55,740 nt of DNA, from assembly GCA_964462815.1 (NCBI GenBank), contig CAYWZI010000001.1, positions 1-55,740 on the forward strand. Direction: 5' to 3'. Under the pieces are notes generated by a model. The model had not been told where the DNA came from, did no database searches, and saw only the letters and a program-made list of their open reading frames with translations. The translations under genes were made by a program, and so were the position numbers. Shown here piece by piece: positions 38,691-47,702 of this stretch. This stretch comes from an uncultured Microbacteriaceae bacterium (GTDB lineage: Bacteria; Actinomycetota; Actinomycetes; Actinomycetales; Microbacteriaceae). Every line of letters starts with the position of its first letter. Within the stretch, counting starts at the first letter, position 1.

Positions 38691-39247
38691 CGTTCGCTCC
38701 CCCTCAATGTCATATCCATCGCGTATCGCTCAACCTCTACTTGCCACGTGCGACTTTCGTCCCCCGACAGCGCCGCCCACCCCGGAACCCGAGGCTCAGG
38801 GCAGGTTCGGTAGTCCCCACCCAGAGAGTCCCGCAGTGCGCGCAATCTGCCTCGCGCAAGCGACAGGTTGTGAAGCCATGTCAGCGGCGCACTTTCGGCC
38901 TCAGCCGGATCGTAGGCGACCTGCTCACGCGCCTGCTTCAGCGCCAACAATTCGTGGATGAATCCCTCATGCCGGTACCACCAGGGGGGAATCTCGGTCC
39001 ACTCGATCTGGAACGTTCGCACCAATCGCGTCACCCACACGCTCAAGCCAGCCAACACGGTTGCTTGCGCGCTGGGCGACAGCGCCCACCAGTTGATCGG
39101 CCCCATCATGCCGCCGGAGGGCATCGGCTCCTCCAGGTCGCGCTCGTCGTCCTGCTCGACCTCCCAGCCGCCATGTTCGACCAGTCCTCCGGCCTGCTTC
39201 ATCGCGTCTAGATCGCCTGCCGGCAGCTGCGGAAAGTCCTCGCTCAT
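38687..39247 (-). CDS. Hypothetical protein (DUF4913-like, ICE-associated)
   Basis: IPPWWYRHEGFIHELLAL...PLTW motif; GGAG RBS before ATG 39247. Confidence 0.6.
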   Translation of the reverse strand: MSEDFPQLPAGDLDAMKQAGGLVEHGGWEVEQDDERDLEEPMPSGGMMGPINWWALSPSAQATVLAGLSVWVTRLVRTFQIEWTEIPPWWYRHEGFIHELLALKQAREQVAYDPAEAESAPLTWLHNLSLARGRLRALRDSLGGDYRTCPEPRVPGWAALSGDESRTWQVEVERYAMDMTLRGSER

Positions 39248-39573
39248 TGGTGTGGCTCCCTGATCTTGCAAGCCCTCGCTGGCCTGTCTCACCCCCAGAC
39301 CTATACGCCGCGCAAAGCGCGCCTGAGTATCCCGCTGCCCCCCTACCGGTGTCATCGCCGGGAAGTCTCGCCTAGCGGCTCTGCCCTCCCCATCAAGCCT
39401 CCGATCGCTCTTTAATCCTGCCTCCCGCTGACGCGCTCAGTCCGGCATAAACCGCTCTCTCCCCACTTGACGCGGAGCCTCCGCAGAGCCGCCCTACGGC
39501 GGCAAGGGCAGGCCACGGCCCGCCCCGGCGAAATCGCCTCCCCACAGTCAAGAGCAGATGGGAAACACCCCTC

Positions 39574-40203
39574 ATGAGCGTCACCACCAGCACCTACCCG
39601 CACACCTACCAACCGACGTGGGAAGAGTTTCTGCGCCACCTCGGGAAGCTCTCCCCCCGCCAGAAGCAAGAGTTGAACGCCGAAGCCACCACCTCAGGCA
39701 CGCTCGGAATCGTCCTCGCCACACAGCGCGCCTACGTGAACACTCGCAGCAGGGCCGACTACAGCCTGCGTCGCGCGCGCGAGACCGCGGCCGCCGTTGA
39801 GGCCGCGCGGATGACCGTTCGGAATCCTGACGCACCCCGCCAGAAGGTTCACCGCATTGCACTGGCCAGCCTTGAACCGGCTCGTCGCGCGCCGCGCAGC
39901 GAGGATGAGAAGGCGCAGGCTCGCAGCGAGTCCAAGCGGTTCTTTAGGAGCACCCAGCATGAGTGGAAGAAGAAGCGCATCCTGCTCGAGCAGTACGTGA
40001 ACTTCGACCTGTGGCTTTTGATGCACCCGACGGAGGTCCCCACCACAGCGGCAGACCTCAAATCATGGGACCAACTGCGGATGCAGGTGCGTCACCTCAC
40101 CGGCTGCCCGCCCGTGCGCTTCGCACCAAAGGACGGCTTCATGCCTGTGGGCATGACGCGCGAGCGGGCGCTTCAGATCGCAGAGGTGGCGCTCTCCCAC
40201 TGA
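39574..40203 (+). CDS. Hypothetical basic protein
   Basis: 209 aa ORF with high-GC codon usage, followed by a terminator. Confidence 0.65.
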   Translation: MSVTTSTYPHTYQPTWEEFLRHLGKLSPRQKQELNAEATTSGTLGIVLATQRAYVNTRSRADYSLRRARETAAAVEAARMTVRNPDAPRQKVHRIALASLEPARRAPRSEDEKAQARSESKRFFRSTQHEWKKKRILLEQYVNFDLWLLMHPTEVPTTAADLKSWDQLRMQVRHLTGCPPVRFAPKDGFMPVGMTRERALQIAEVALSH

Positions 40204-40221
40204 CGCGCAGCACTAGGACCG

Positions 40222-40255
40222 GGCGGCATCACTTCCAGGAGTGATGCCGCCTTTT
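40222..40255 (+). terminator. Intrinsic terminator
   Basis: GGCGGCATCACT-N6-AGTGATGCCGCC followed by TTTT. Confidence 0.8.
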
Positions 40256-40265
40256 GCGTCGAAGA

Positions 40266-40448
40266 GCGCTCCATGACGCGGCACGGTGACGGGGGTGACG
40301 CGCTCCATGACGTGATGCATCATTCGCTGCGTGACGCGGTGACGCGACTCATGACGCACCTGCTGACGCGCTCCATTGCGCGGTGTGGTGACGCCGGTGA
40401 CGCAGTGCGTGACGCGCTCCATGACGCGATGCGGTGACGCGGGTGACG
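40266..40448 (+). repeat. Array of co-oriented TGACG motifs
   Basis: 14 TGACG copies in 40274-40448, all on the + strand; GCGCTCCAT occurs four times. Confidence 0.85.
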
Positions 40449-40549
40449 TACTCCCTCACAGGTGGGCTTTCAGCCATTCCCGGCTCCAGTTCTCCACAGA
40501 GCACTGCTAGGACGCCGAATCGTCACCGGTGCGGCCCCATAGTGACGGC

Positions 40550-40960
40550 ATGACGCAGAAAGAGTCCCTCAAGGTGCGGGAGACCCCGCTCAAGTTCTCC
40601 GGCGAACCGGAAATCGGTCGGCGCCGCGACCGAAGCATCATCGTCAACGACATCGCGGCGGTCCACGCACACTCGTGCCGCAGCGCCGCCGGCTGGCATC
40701 CGGTGTGCACGCTGCAGTTCTACGGAAGCGAGGAAGTCACCGTCGCCTTGGACGCCATGCCTCAGAGAGCCGACGCTCAGGAAGCCGCGCGCGAGCTCGC
40801 GGCGCTGTTTCGCCAATACGTCGACGAGGACCGCTTCGGCGAGTTCACCAACACCCGCCACGGGTGGCCATGCGCAGCGTGCCTGTCTTCCGGTGTGCGG
40901 GATGCGCCCACCAAACCCGACACACTGGGAAACGACGCTTCGAAAGGAACCACCTCGTGA
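40550..40960 (+). CDS. Hypothetical protein
   Basis: 136 aa with HxC...C and CxxC; GTGA-coupled to the next gene. Confidence 0.55.
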   Translation: MTQKESLKVRETPLKFSGEPEIGRRRDRSIIVNDIAAVHAHSCRSAAGWHPVCTLQFYGSEEVTVALDAMPQRADAQEAARELAALFRQYVDEDRFGEFTNTRHGWPCAACLSSGVRDAPTKPDTLGNDASKGTTS

Positions 40961-42024
40961 GTACGACGAACGACACCCCTGAGCTGGCGGACGCCGTAAC
41001 AGAAACTGACGCTCCAGCTCCACCCGCGTCGTCGCCGTCGCGCCGCCGGCGTCGGGTCCTGATCGGTGTTGGGATCACCCTCGCCTTGGCGCTCGTGGCC
41101 GGGGCCATCATGGCCGTCAACACTGTTCAGGCTCAGCAGCTCGAGCAGGCCCAGGCCGCGGCGGATACCGCCCTGGCGGCCGCTGAAGCCGCCGACCTCT
41201 CCGATGCGGTGACGGAGGCCGACGAGCTCGCATCAACAATCAGCGATGTGCTCAACGCGCTCGTCGACGAAGACGGCGAGCCTGTTCTCGAGCTGGACTT
41301 GGAGCGTCTGGAGAAGGTGCGGTCTGCGCTGGTCGACGAGCACTACACACGGACAGATGCTCGCGAGGCGACCTTCGCCGCGGTGCGCGAGCTCGACCGA
41401 GTGCTGCGCGTCATCATCGCTGACGGTCGCGCCGCTCTGGCCGGGGTGGCTCTGGCTGGTGAGGCTGAGAAGGAGAGCCTTCAGCAGGCAGTGCAGAATC
41501 TCAGCGCCGCACCCTACGGGGTGTCCTCAAGTTACGCCGATCGAGATCAACTAATTGAGGCTTTGCTCGCTGCCGCTACTGTCGCGCGCGACGCCCACGA
41601 CAAGGCGGCAGTCGTCGCCGGAGCGCCCCCTGTCGGGGGCGGCACGACGGCGGGCGGCACCACGTCAGGCGAGAACACCTCAGGTGGCAACACTGCGGGA
41701 GGGGACACGTCAGGTGGCGGCAACACCTCCGGGGGTGGTGGGACGACTGCCCCTCCCCCTCCGCCTCCGCCTCACCCGCGCGCGGCTCTTTGCACGAGCC
41801 TTGGCTTCAACAACAACTTGGCCTGCCTGAACAACGAGCCGACGTACGTCAGGACGAACTCGGCACACGTACCGCTGTCATCCTGCGTGGACCCGGGCGC
41901 CTATGGGTCTCACACCCCTGGCTTTGGGGGGACTTCGACCCCCTCCTACACATTCCCTTGGTCATACCGAATTGACTACGCCTCTAGCGGTCTCGGAACG
42001 GTCAAGTTCTTCGTGTGCGGATAG
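40957..42024 (+). CDS. Membrane-anchored exported protein (coiled coil, Gly/Thr/Pro linker, Cys-containing C-terminal domain)
   Basis: RRRRR followed by a TM helix, GGxTSG repeats, poly-Pro, and a 4-Cys terminal domain. Confidence 0.7.
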   Translation: MSTTNDTPELADAVTETDAPAPPASSPSRRRRRVLIGVGITLALALVAGAIMAVNTVQAQQLEQAQAAADTALAAAEAADLSDAVTEADELASTISDVLNALVDEDGEPVLELDLERLEKVRSALVDEHYTRTDAREATFAAVRELDRVLRVIIADGRAALAGVALAGEAEKESLQQAVQNLSAAPYGVSSSYADRDQLIEALLAAATVARDAHDKAAVVAGAPPVGGGTTAGGTTSGENTSGGNTAGGDTSGGGNTSGGGGTTAPPPPPPPHPRAALCTSLGFNNNLACLNNEPTYVRTNSAHVPLSSCVDPGAYGSHTPGFGGTSTPSYTFPWSYRIDYASSGLGTVKFFVCG

Positions 42025-42046
42025 CGAGCCGCAATCGCTCGAGAAT

Positions 42047-42089
42047 GTCAGGAGCCCTCCCGCCTAACGGCGCGAGGGCTCCTGACTTT
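42047..42089. terminator. Terminator hairpin between convergent genes
   Basis: GTCAGGAGCCCTC...GAGGGCTCCTGAC followed by TTT. Confidence 0.75.
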
Positions 42090-42103
42090 GCTGTCCTGCG
42101 GAC

Positions 42104-44782
42104 TTACTCCGCCGCGACCTGTTCGACGATCTCACGGCGGCGACGGAGGGTGGCGATAGCGAGAGCCGCAAGTCCCGCGACCATGACCCCTCCTGCCAGC
42201 AGACCGAGCGGTGCCAGCACGTCCGCTGCACCTGTGACTGGCAGCGGCGGCCGCGGTGCTGAGACGAAGGTCGTCTCGTCCGGTGCGCCGCACTCGCCCT
42301 GATGGAGCATGGTGCCGTTTCGATCGGTCAGAGTCTCCACCCAGAAGTAGGTGCCTGGCTCGGTGAACTCCGTCGCCGGCCCCTGGACGGTTGTGCCGTC
42401 AGGGTGGTTCCCTGCCGGCGCGGCAACCGGCGCCTGGGTGCCGTCGAACACCAGGTTCTCCGGCTCACACATCGGAGCGATGACGATGCCGTCGTCGTCA
42501 AGCTGTCCGCCACCAGCAGTCGGGGTGCCCTCTGGCTGCCGGTAGGCATTGAAGGTAATCACCGCACCAGCGGGAACCATGCCCACCAGCAGAGCCGTGT
42601 CACGCGCCTCCGTGCCGAGCTCCACCGCCTCGGTGGCCTGCGTGGTGACCTCCACAAGTTGCACCAGGGTGGTCTCGTTGGGCAGACCGCACTCGCCTTC
42701 GTGAATGAGCGTGCCATCCGGCAGTCGAGCGGTCTCGACCCAGTAGACAGTACCGAGGTGGTCCATAGTCACTTCGAACTCTTCCGAGACGTACTCGCCG
42801 GGAGCAGCGACCGTGATCGGCGCGCTCGAGACGTAGATGCGGTTGCCCGCCTCACACACCGGCGCGGTTGCGTCGACCCCCTGCAGGAATCCCTCGAAGG
42901 AGATCTCGATTCCCGACGTCGGAACCGCACCGGACACGATCGCCGTGTCGGTCACAGTTCCCGACGGCGTCGCCAAAGGCTGTGCCGCGGTGACGACGAT
43001 CGGCGCCGAGACTTCCACCGTCTCGGATGCCAGCCCGTACTGATCACACCACGCTGCCGTGAAGCCGCGCAACGGCTCCGGTTGTGCCGCAGGATCTACA
43101 CACCACACCAACGTCACGAAGCCCTCTCGAAGACCGACGTCGATGTTCTGCGCGGTCACCTCACCAGGGGTGTCGGTGGTCACCGTGTAGATGCCCACTG
43201 CCTCCGCGGAGGCTGGCACCGTGTCGGAGACAACGGGTCGTGTGGCCGAATAGTAGGCGGTGCCGGTGAGCACCACCGGAACTCGCGTGCCACGGTCGCG
43301 AAGCCAACCGCCGACTGTGTATACATCGATGACGTCATCAACCTGATCACTGACGGCGGCCTGGTCGGTCGTCAGCATCGTGGTAAACCGCAGCTGAGTC
43401 GGGCTGATCTGAGTCTCCGCCACTTGCCCGAATCGGTCCACGAACGAGTACGCGTCCGGGATGTACAGCTGGGTACGGGCGGGCTGGTTGTCGTAGGCGA
43501 TCTCCCACACCCAGGTGTAGAAGCCTGGTTCGATCGCGAGCTCAGCCGTGGTGACCGTGTAGGGCACGGTTGGGCCGTCCGACAGGCTAGTCGTCACCGT
43601 CGCAGTGCCCGCGATTGGCGCTCCAGCGGGTACGTCGGCCGCCTCGACCGGCTGTTGCAGGAACGGTCCGTAGACGGTCCCGAAGGCCACGATCTGTTCG
43701 AAGTTGCCAGAGAGTCGCTGGTACCACGGGTTGTTGAGTCCGTCGGCGGCGGGCACGGTGGTGAAGGTCACCACGTCATCGAACGGTTGCGCTGGCTCGA
43801 TGAACTTCGACGCCACCTGCGTCGTCAAGGCAGGCTGGAACGCCGTCGCGCGATCAGCCGGGTCAATCCCGGAGATCTGGAAGTTGTTCACTGCCCGTCG
43901 GCCGGGACCGCCTAGAGGTTGCGCGCCAGGGGTGGTGTAGACGGCAACCTCGCCGCGCCAGCCACCGCCGGCGGTGAAGTCGCCGACACCACTGATCTTG
44001 TACGGCTCTCCGTCGTCAGTCGGCGGGACACCCTGAATGTCCAACGTCATGCCCGCGGTTGCGCCCGCGAGGACGTTGGTGCCGTTGGCGAGGAAGATGC
44101 CGTTTGTTAGCGTGAGCGTGCCCGTCGCAGTTGAGGGGCTAAGAGAGTCCACCGTCATAGTGCCGAGGTAGTTGTTGCCCTCGTCGACGGCGAATACGAG
44201 TCGACCGGTTCCTGATCCGGTGGAGCCAGCCACGATGGCGTCGTCGTTCGCACGGATGGTCGCCAGATTCGCGCGCACCGTGTTTCGCTGTGCCGAGGGC
44301 ACGCGGCCGATGTACCACGAGTCGCCAGACATGCCGTGGCTGTTGTATTCCGTCGGGTCCGCCAACGACCACACATACATCGTCACCGCCACAGCCCAGT
44401 TGTCGTTCGTGGTCTGCCCGTAGGTAGCGATCGCCCAGCTGACGCGCGCGTTCGACGTCGCACTCATGCTGGGGCCAGACGCGCCGCCCGGCCACGTCTG
44501 ATAGCCGGCGAAGGTGGTCGAGCCCAACGGTCGCGGCTCCGCAGGGCGCAGGCAGTACACCACCGTCGAACCGACCAGATATGCCCCGATGCGACCGTTG
44601 GGCCCGTCATACCCGGGCCCATAAGAGGCAGCGTGAGCTGGTTGAGCGTCGAGCCCAGTCGAGGTTGCGATCATGGTCACGGCGATCAACGCCACGAGCG
44701 CATTGATAAACGTGCGGCGAATTCCGCCTGCCCAGTGCCTCCGAGTGGGCCTCTGCGTGGCCATCAATTTTGTGGAACGCAT
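42104..44782 (-). CDS. LPXTG cell-wall-anchored surface protein (putative conjugation adhesin)
   Basis: Signal peptide ending AHA; repeated Ig-like units (YWVET...HxGECG.PxETT); LPVTG followed by TM and RRRR tail. Confidence 0.85.
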   Translation of the reverse strand: MRSTKLMATQRPTRRHWAGGIRRTFINALVALIAVTMIATSTGLDAQPAHAASYGPGYDGPNGRIGAYLVGSTVVYCLRPAEPRPLGSTTFAGYQTWPGGASGPSMSATSNARVSWAIATYGQTTNDNWAVAVTMYVWSLADPTEYNSHGMSGDSWYIGRVPSAQRNTVRANLATIRANDDAIVAGSTGSGTGRLVFAVDEGNNYLGTMTVDSLSPSTATGTLTLTNGIFLANGTNVLAGATAGMTLDIQGVPPTDDGEPYKISGVGDFTAGGGWRGEVAVYTTPGAQPLGGPGRRAVNNFQISGIDPADRATAFQPALTTQVASKFIEPAQPFDDVVTFTTVPAADGLNNPWYQRLSGNFEQIVAFGTVYGPFLQQPVEAADVPAGAPIAGTATVTTSLSDGPTVPYTVTTAELAIEPGFYTWVWEIAYDNQPARTQLYIPDAYSFVDRFGQVAETQISPTQLRFTTMLTTDQAAVSDQVDDVIDVYTVGGWLRDRGTRVPVVLTGTAYYSATRPVVSDTVPASAEAVGIYTVTTDTPGEVTAQNIDVGLREGFVTLVWCVDPAAQPEPLRGFTAAWCDQYGLASETVEVSAPIVVTAAQPLATPSGTVTDTAIVSGAVPTSGIEISFEGFLQGVDATAPVCEAGNRIYVSSAPITVAAPGEYVSEEFEVTMDHLGTVYWVETARLPDGTLIHEGECGLPNETTLVQLVEVTTQATEAVELGTEARDTALLVGMVPAGAVITFNAYRQPEGTPTAGGGQLDDDGIVIAPMCEPENLVFDGTQAPVAAPAGNHPDGTTVQGPATEFTEPGTYFWVETLTDRNGTMLHQGECGAPDETTFVSAPRPPLPVTGAADVLAPLGLLAGGVMVAGLAALAIATLRRRREIVEQVAAE

Positions 44783-44890
44783 GTCCCTAAAGTTCCTTCC
44801 GATTGCGCATGCCCTTCCACGTCTCAGCAGAAGGAGGGAGGCGGGGGCCTCACGCCTGAAGACGTACGCATTGCGCAAATCGGATGCGTT

Positions 44891-45853
44891 CTACCCGGCG
44901 CGACTGGCTCCCGCCAGCGGCCAGGGCTCGGACTGAGCCGAGGCCACGGCGCCGCCGCGTCGTACCTCAAGGTCCTCGGTGACGCGATTGACCAGCCGAA
45001 GTCCGGATGCCTTGGACTTCCCGAGCATCTCGCCCACGGTCGCCGCCGACGGACGCTCCCCCGCCAGTACACGCCCGCGCACCCAATCGAGCACCTCCGC
45101 CTCGCTGGCGGGCTGATCGGTATCCCCGGCGTCGCTGGCGCGAGCTTGCCCGACCAGCGCCATGCTCGCCTTCGCCGTCGACGCAGCAGGCTGGGCGAGG
45201 GACGTGCTGGTCGGTCCACCGATAGGCAGGGTCTCTGGACGCTCCACGGTCACGCTGGGGCGTGAGCCTGGACCGCGCGGTGGAGTCGGCGCGGGCTTCG
45301 CCGTTGTCTTCGCGGATACCTTCGGGGGCTTCTTGGCCTTCGCAGTCTTCGGTGCCTCTAAAGCGTCACGAGCGGCAACCCGGTTCGCTTCACGGTCGAT
45401 CAGGCGAGAGAAGCGCAGCATCTCGAACTGGCGGGTTGAGGCAAGCACCAGTAGCGGGAACATGCTCGCCACTCCCGCGCCGACGTAGTCCTGCACGCCA
45501 GGGGTCTGATTGTCGCCCAGCACGTGTGCGATCTGTGCCGCAACACTGACTGCAGACAGAGTCCACACCATCAGCCAGCCCAGCTTCGACGCTTTCGCTG
45601 TCTCTGCCCGCCAGGCCATCGCGCTGGCCGAAAAGAACACCAGGCCTCCGTCGATCGCGATCGGGGTCAGCCACGCCATATCGCCCAGCCGCGCCCACCG
45701 GCCTGCGTCCAGCAAGCCCGGCACGCCGGCGGCAAAACTTGTTGCGGCGAGCACCAGCAGCACGAACGCCGAGAAGCCCTTCAGTCGGCTGACGGTCTCG
45801 GCATCACGCCGAGCCTCCACGCTCGCGGCGCGATCGATCATCGTCTCGCTCAT
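44891..45853 (-). CDS. DUF2637 (Spd-like) membrane protein with C-terminal HTH
   Basis: Four TM helices, AWLTPIAIDG, Pro/Lys linker and terminal PSAATVGEMLGKSKASG HTH. Confidence 0.75.
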   Translation of the reverse strand: MSETMIDRAASVEARRDAETVSRLKGFSAFVLLVLAATSFAAGVPGLLDAGRWARLGDMAWLTPIAIDGGLVFFSASAMAWRAETAKASKLGWLMVWTLSAVSVAAQIAHVLGDNQTPGVQDYVGAGVASMFPLLVLASTRQFEMLRFSRLIDREANRVAARDALEAPKTAKAKKPPKVSAKTTAKPAPTPPRGPGSRPSVTVERPETLPIGGPTSTSLAQPAASTAKASMALVGQARASDAGDTDQPASEAEVLDWVRGRVLAGERPSAATVGEMLGKSKASGLRLVNRVTEDLEVRRGGAVASAQSEPWPLAGASRAG

Positions 45854-46140
45854 GCTCCTGCTCTCCTCAGCTCGTTCAACACCTCGACCACCTGCGAACG
45901 GGTGAATACCCGCTCGAAGGAGACCGTCAACACTTCGTCATCAGAACTGGCCGGCGCTTCGTTCACCACCGGGGCGAGCGCAGCGTGCCGCACGACGCTC
46001 AACACCCGTTCGTGCATTGATGGGTCGCCCGCGCCGAGCATCGCCAGCAGCAGCTCGCGCGCCTCGAAGGTGGCTTGCAGGTGCTCTGCCGGCGCCACGG
46101 GAGCGGTCTGGACCGGCGAAAGCGGTCCGACGCCGCTCAT
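45850..46140 (-). CDS. Hypothetical protein
   Basis: 96 aa, ATGA-coupled on both sides. Confidence 0.6.
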   Translation of the reverse strand: MSGVGPLSPVQTAPVAPAEHLQATFEARELLLAMLGAGDPSMHERVLSVVRHAALAPVVNEAPASSDDEVLTVSFERVFTRSQVVEVLNELRRAGA

Positions 46141-47318
46141 GACGCCACCGGCCGAGCTTGATGCGCTCCGTCACTGTCGGCGGCGTAACGTTCCTCCCGC
46201 CAGCCGGGGCGCTCTTGATGACATCTCACGCACTGCATGCGGAACTCATCCAGGTATCGGTGGCCCTGAAGTTCACACGTCGACGGGAGCGCGTGCCACG
46301 GCCACCGAGCAGGCTCTCGGATGATCGCCGCGGCGACATACGCCGACGGGTCACCGACCGGCCTGGCTGCCGCCGACAGCACGAACGCCGCCGCGGCCGG
46401 CACGTCAACCCGCTCGCCGTTGACACCAGCATCCGACAGGCGCCGGAGGATCTCCGACAGGTTCAGCCTGGCGTCGAGTTCGTGCAGGGAAACCTCGATT
46501 CCCGCGCGAAGCAGCCGTTGCAAATCCACCGCCTCACGCTCCTCGTCGGCCTGCGGACCGCCCTCGACCTCGCCGTTATGACCCGATGGCGTGCGCCTCA
46601 CGCGCGCTCGCCTCGAGCCGTCTGACGTTTCCGAAGTCCCGAGTCCGTGGTCGGTGGTACTCGACGAGGCACCTCCGCCACCACCCAGATCGTCTACGTC
46701 GTCGTCCGTCGGCAGCGCCGCCGCCTGGTCGTCAAGAGTCGCCGTGGGTACCCCTGTTGTCATTTCAATAGAAGAAGAAGAACTGGATGTTCTATCTGGA
46801 TGTTCTTCCTTAAGGGGTGCACCAGTTGCACCTAATGGTGCGTCAGTTGCACCTAATGGAGGGCTCGAAAGACGGTTATCCACAGGCTCAGAGCCATTAG
46901 GTGCAGAATTTGCACCTAATGGGGGTTCGGAGTTATCCACAGGCTCGTTTCCTGCATTAGGTGCAGAAGTTGCACCTAATGCATCGACCGCACCACTCGA
47001 GGGAGAGTCGTCCGAGGAGTCCACTCCTGAGCCGGTGGCGGAACGCGGCAAGCGTCCGACATGGAGCACGTACCGATCAGAGGTTCGCCCCCCGAAGCGG
47101 GTATACCGCCGCTCACGGAAAATCAGCCCTTCGTCCTCGAGGAGAGCTAGGCACGACTTGATTGAGCGCTCTGAGTACCCGGTGGTCTCCGCCAAGCGAG
47201 AGACACCCGGGAAACAGGACTCGTTCTCGTCGGTGAAGTTGGCCAACACGAGGAGTACGAACTTAGAAGACGTGGGCATCGGCACCGTGAGCGCCCAGGC
47301 CGAGGCTGCCCAGGTCAT
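46137..47318 (-). CDS. Phage-type replication initiator (N-terminal winged HTH, HTH_36-like)
   Basis: KFVLLVLANF..ESCFPGVSRLAETTGYSERSI...LEDEGLI; internal GAxxAP repeats correspond to DNA iterons. Confidence 0.78.
   Translation of the reverse strand: MTWAASAWALTVPMPTSSKFVLLVLANFTDENESCFPGVSRLAETTGYSERSIKSCLALLEDEGLIFRERRYTRFGGRTSDRYVLHVGRLPRSATGSGVDSSDDSPSSGAVDALGATSAPNAGNEPVDNSEPPLGANSAPNGSEPVDNRLSSPPLGATDAPLGATGAPLKEEHPDRTSSSSSSIEMTTGVPTATLDDQAAALPTDDDVDDLGGGGGASSSTTDHGLGTSETSDGSRRARVRRTPSGHNGEVEGGPQADEEREAVDLQRLLRAGIEVSLHELDARLNLSEILRRLSDAGVNGERVDVPAAAAFVLSAAARPVGDPSAYVAAAIIREPARWPWHALPSTCELQGHRYLDEFRMQCVRCHQERPGWREERYAADSDGAHQARPVAS
46761..46983. repeat. Putative replication origin: iterons, DnaA boxes and AT-rich tract
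   Basis: Six TGCACCTAATG copies (two inverted); TTATCCACA at 46876-46884 and 46933-46941; A/T-richer tract at 46761-46813. Confidence 0.75.
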
Positions 47319-47644
47319 TGCTCGCCACCCTCGTCGAGCTTCCGATAGTCAATCCCGACGCGCAAGCGAAAGCGGAGGTCCGAATCGCTAGCGTCGACGT
47401 CGCTCGGCTCCGGCGCGATGAGCTCTAGATCGACCAAGTGCGAGAGCGCCTCCTCGAGCAATTGCCTACCCGCGCCTGTGTCCTCCATGAGTTCCGTGAT
47501 CGACGTGCTCACGTACCCCGCGTCATTCGACATGAAGGCCAGCAGACAGTAGACCGTTGTGGCTCCCTCGGCCTGGAACAGCCGGCGATCTTGAAAGAGG
47601 GGCTTGCGAAACTCGAGCGACTCAGGCTCGTTCGGGCGCCTCAT
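47315..47644 (-). CDS. Small winged-HTH-like protein
   Basis: VYCLL...STSITELMEDTGAGRQLLEEALSHLVDLELI; coupled to the initiator gene. Confidence 0.6.
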   Translation of the reverse strand: MRRPNEPESLEFRKPLFQDRRLFQAEGATTVYCLLAFMSNDAGYVSTSITELMEDTGAGRQLLEEALSHLVDLELIAPEPSDVDASDSDLRFRLRVGIDYRKLDEGGEQ

Positions 47645-47702
47645 GACGCGGCCCCATCGAACCGCGACTTAGCCCCGCCGGGTGCGGCATTCACCTTGTC
47701 TC

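Noticed and set aside
40213..40422. 69-aa minus-strand ORF (MERVT repeats) over the TGACG array, or the array as a CRISPR
   Set aside because: The ORF looks like a by-product of the DNA repeat. There are no constant-length repeats with unique spacers and no cas genes.
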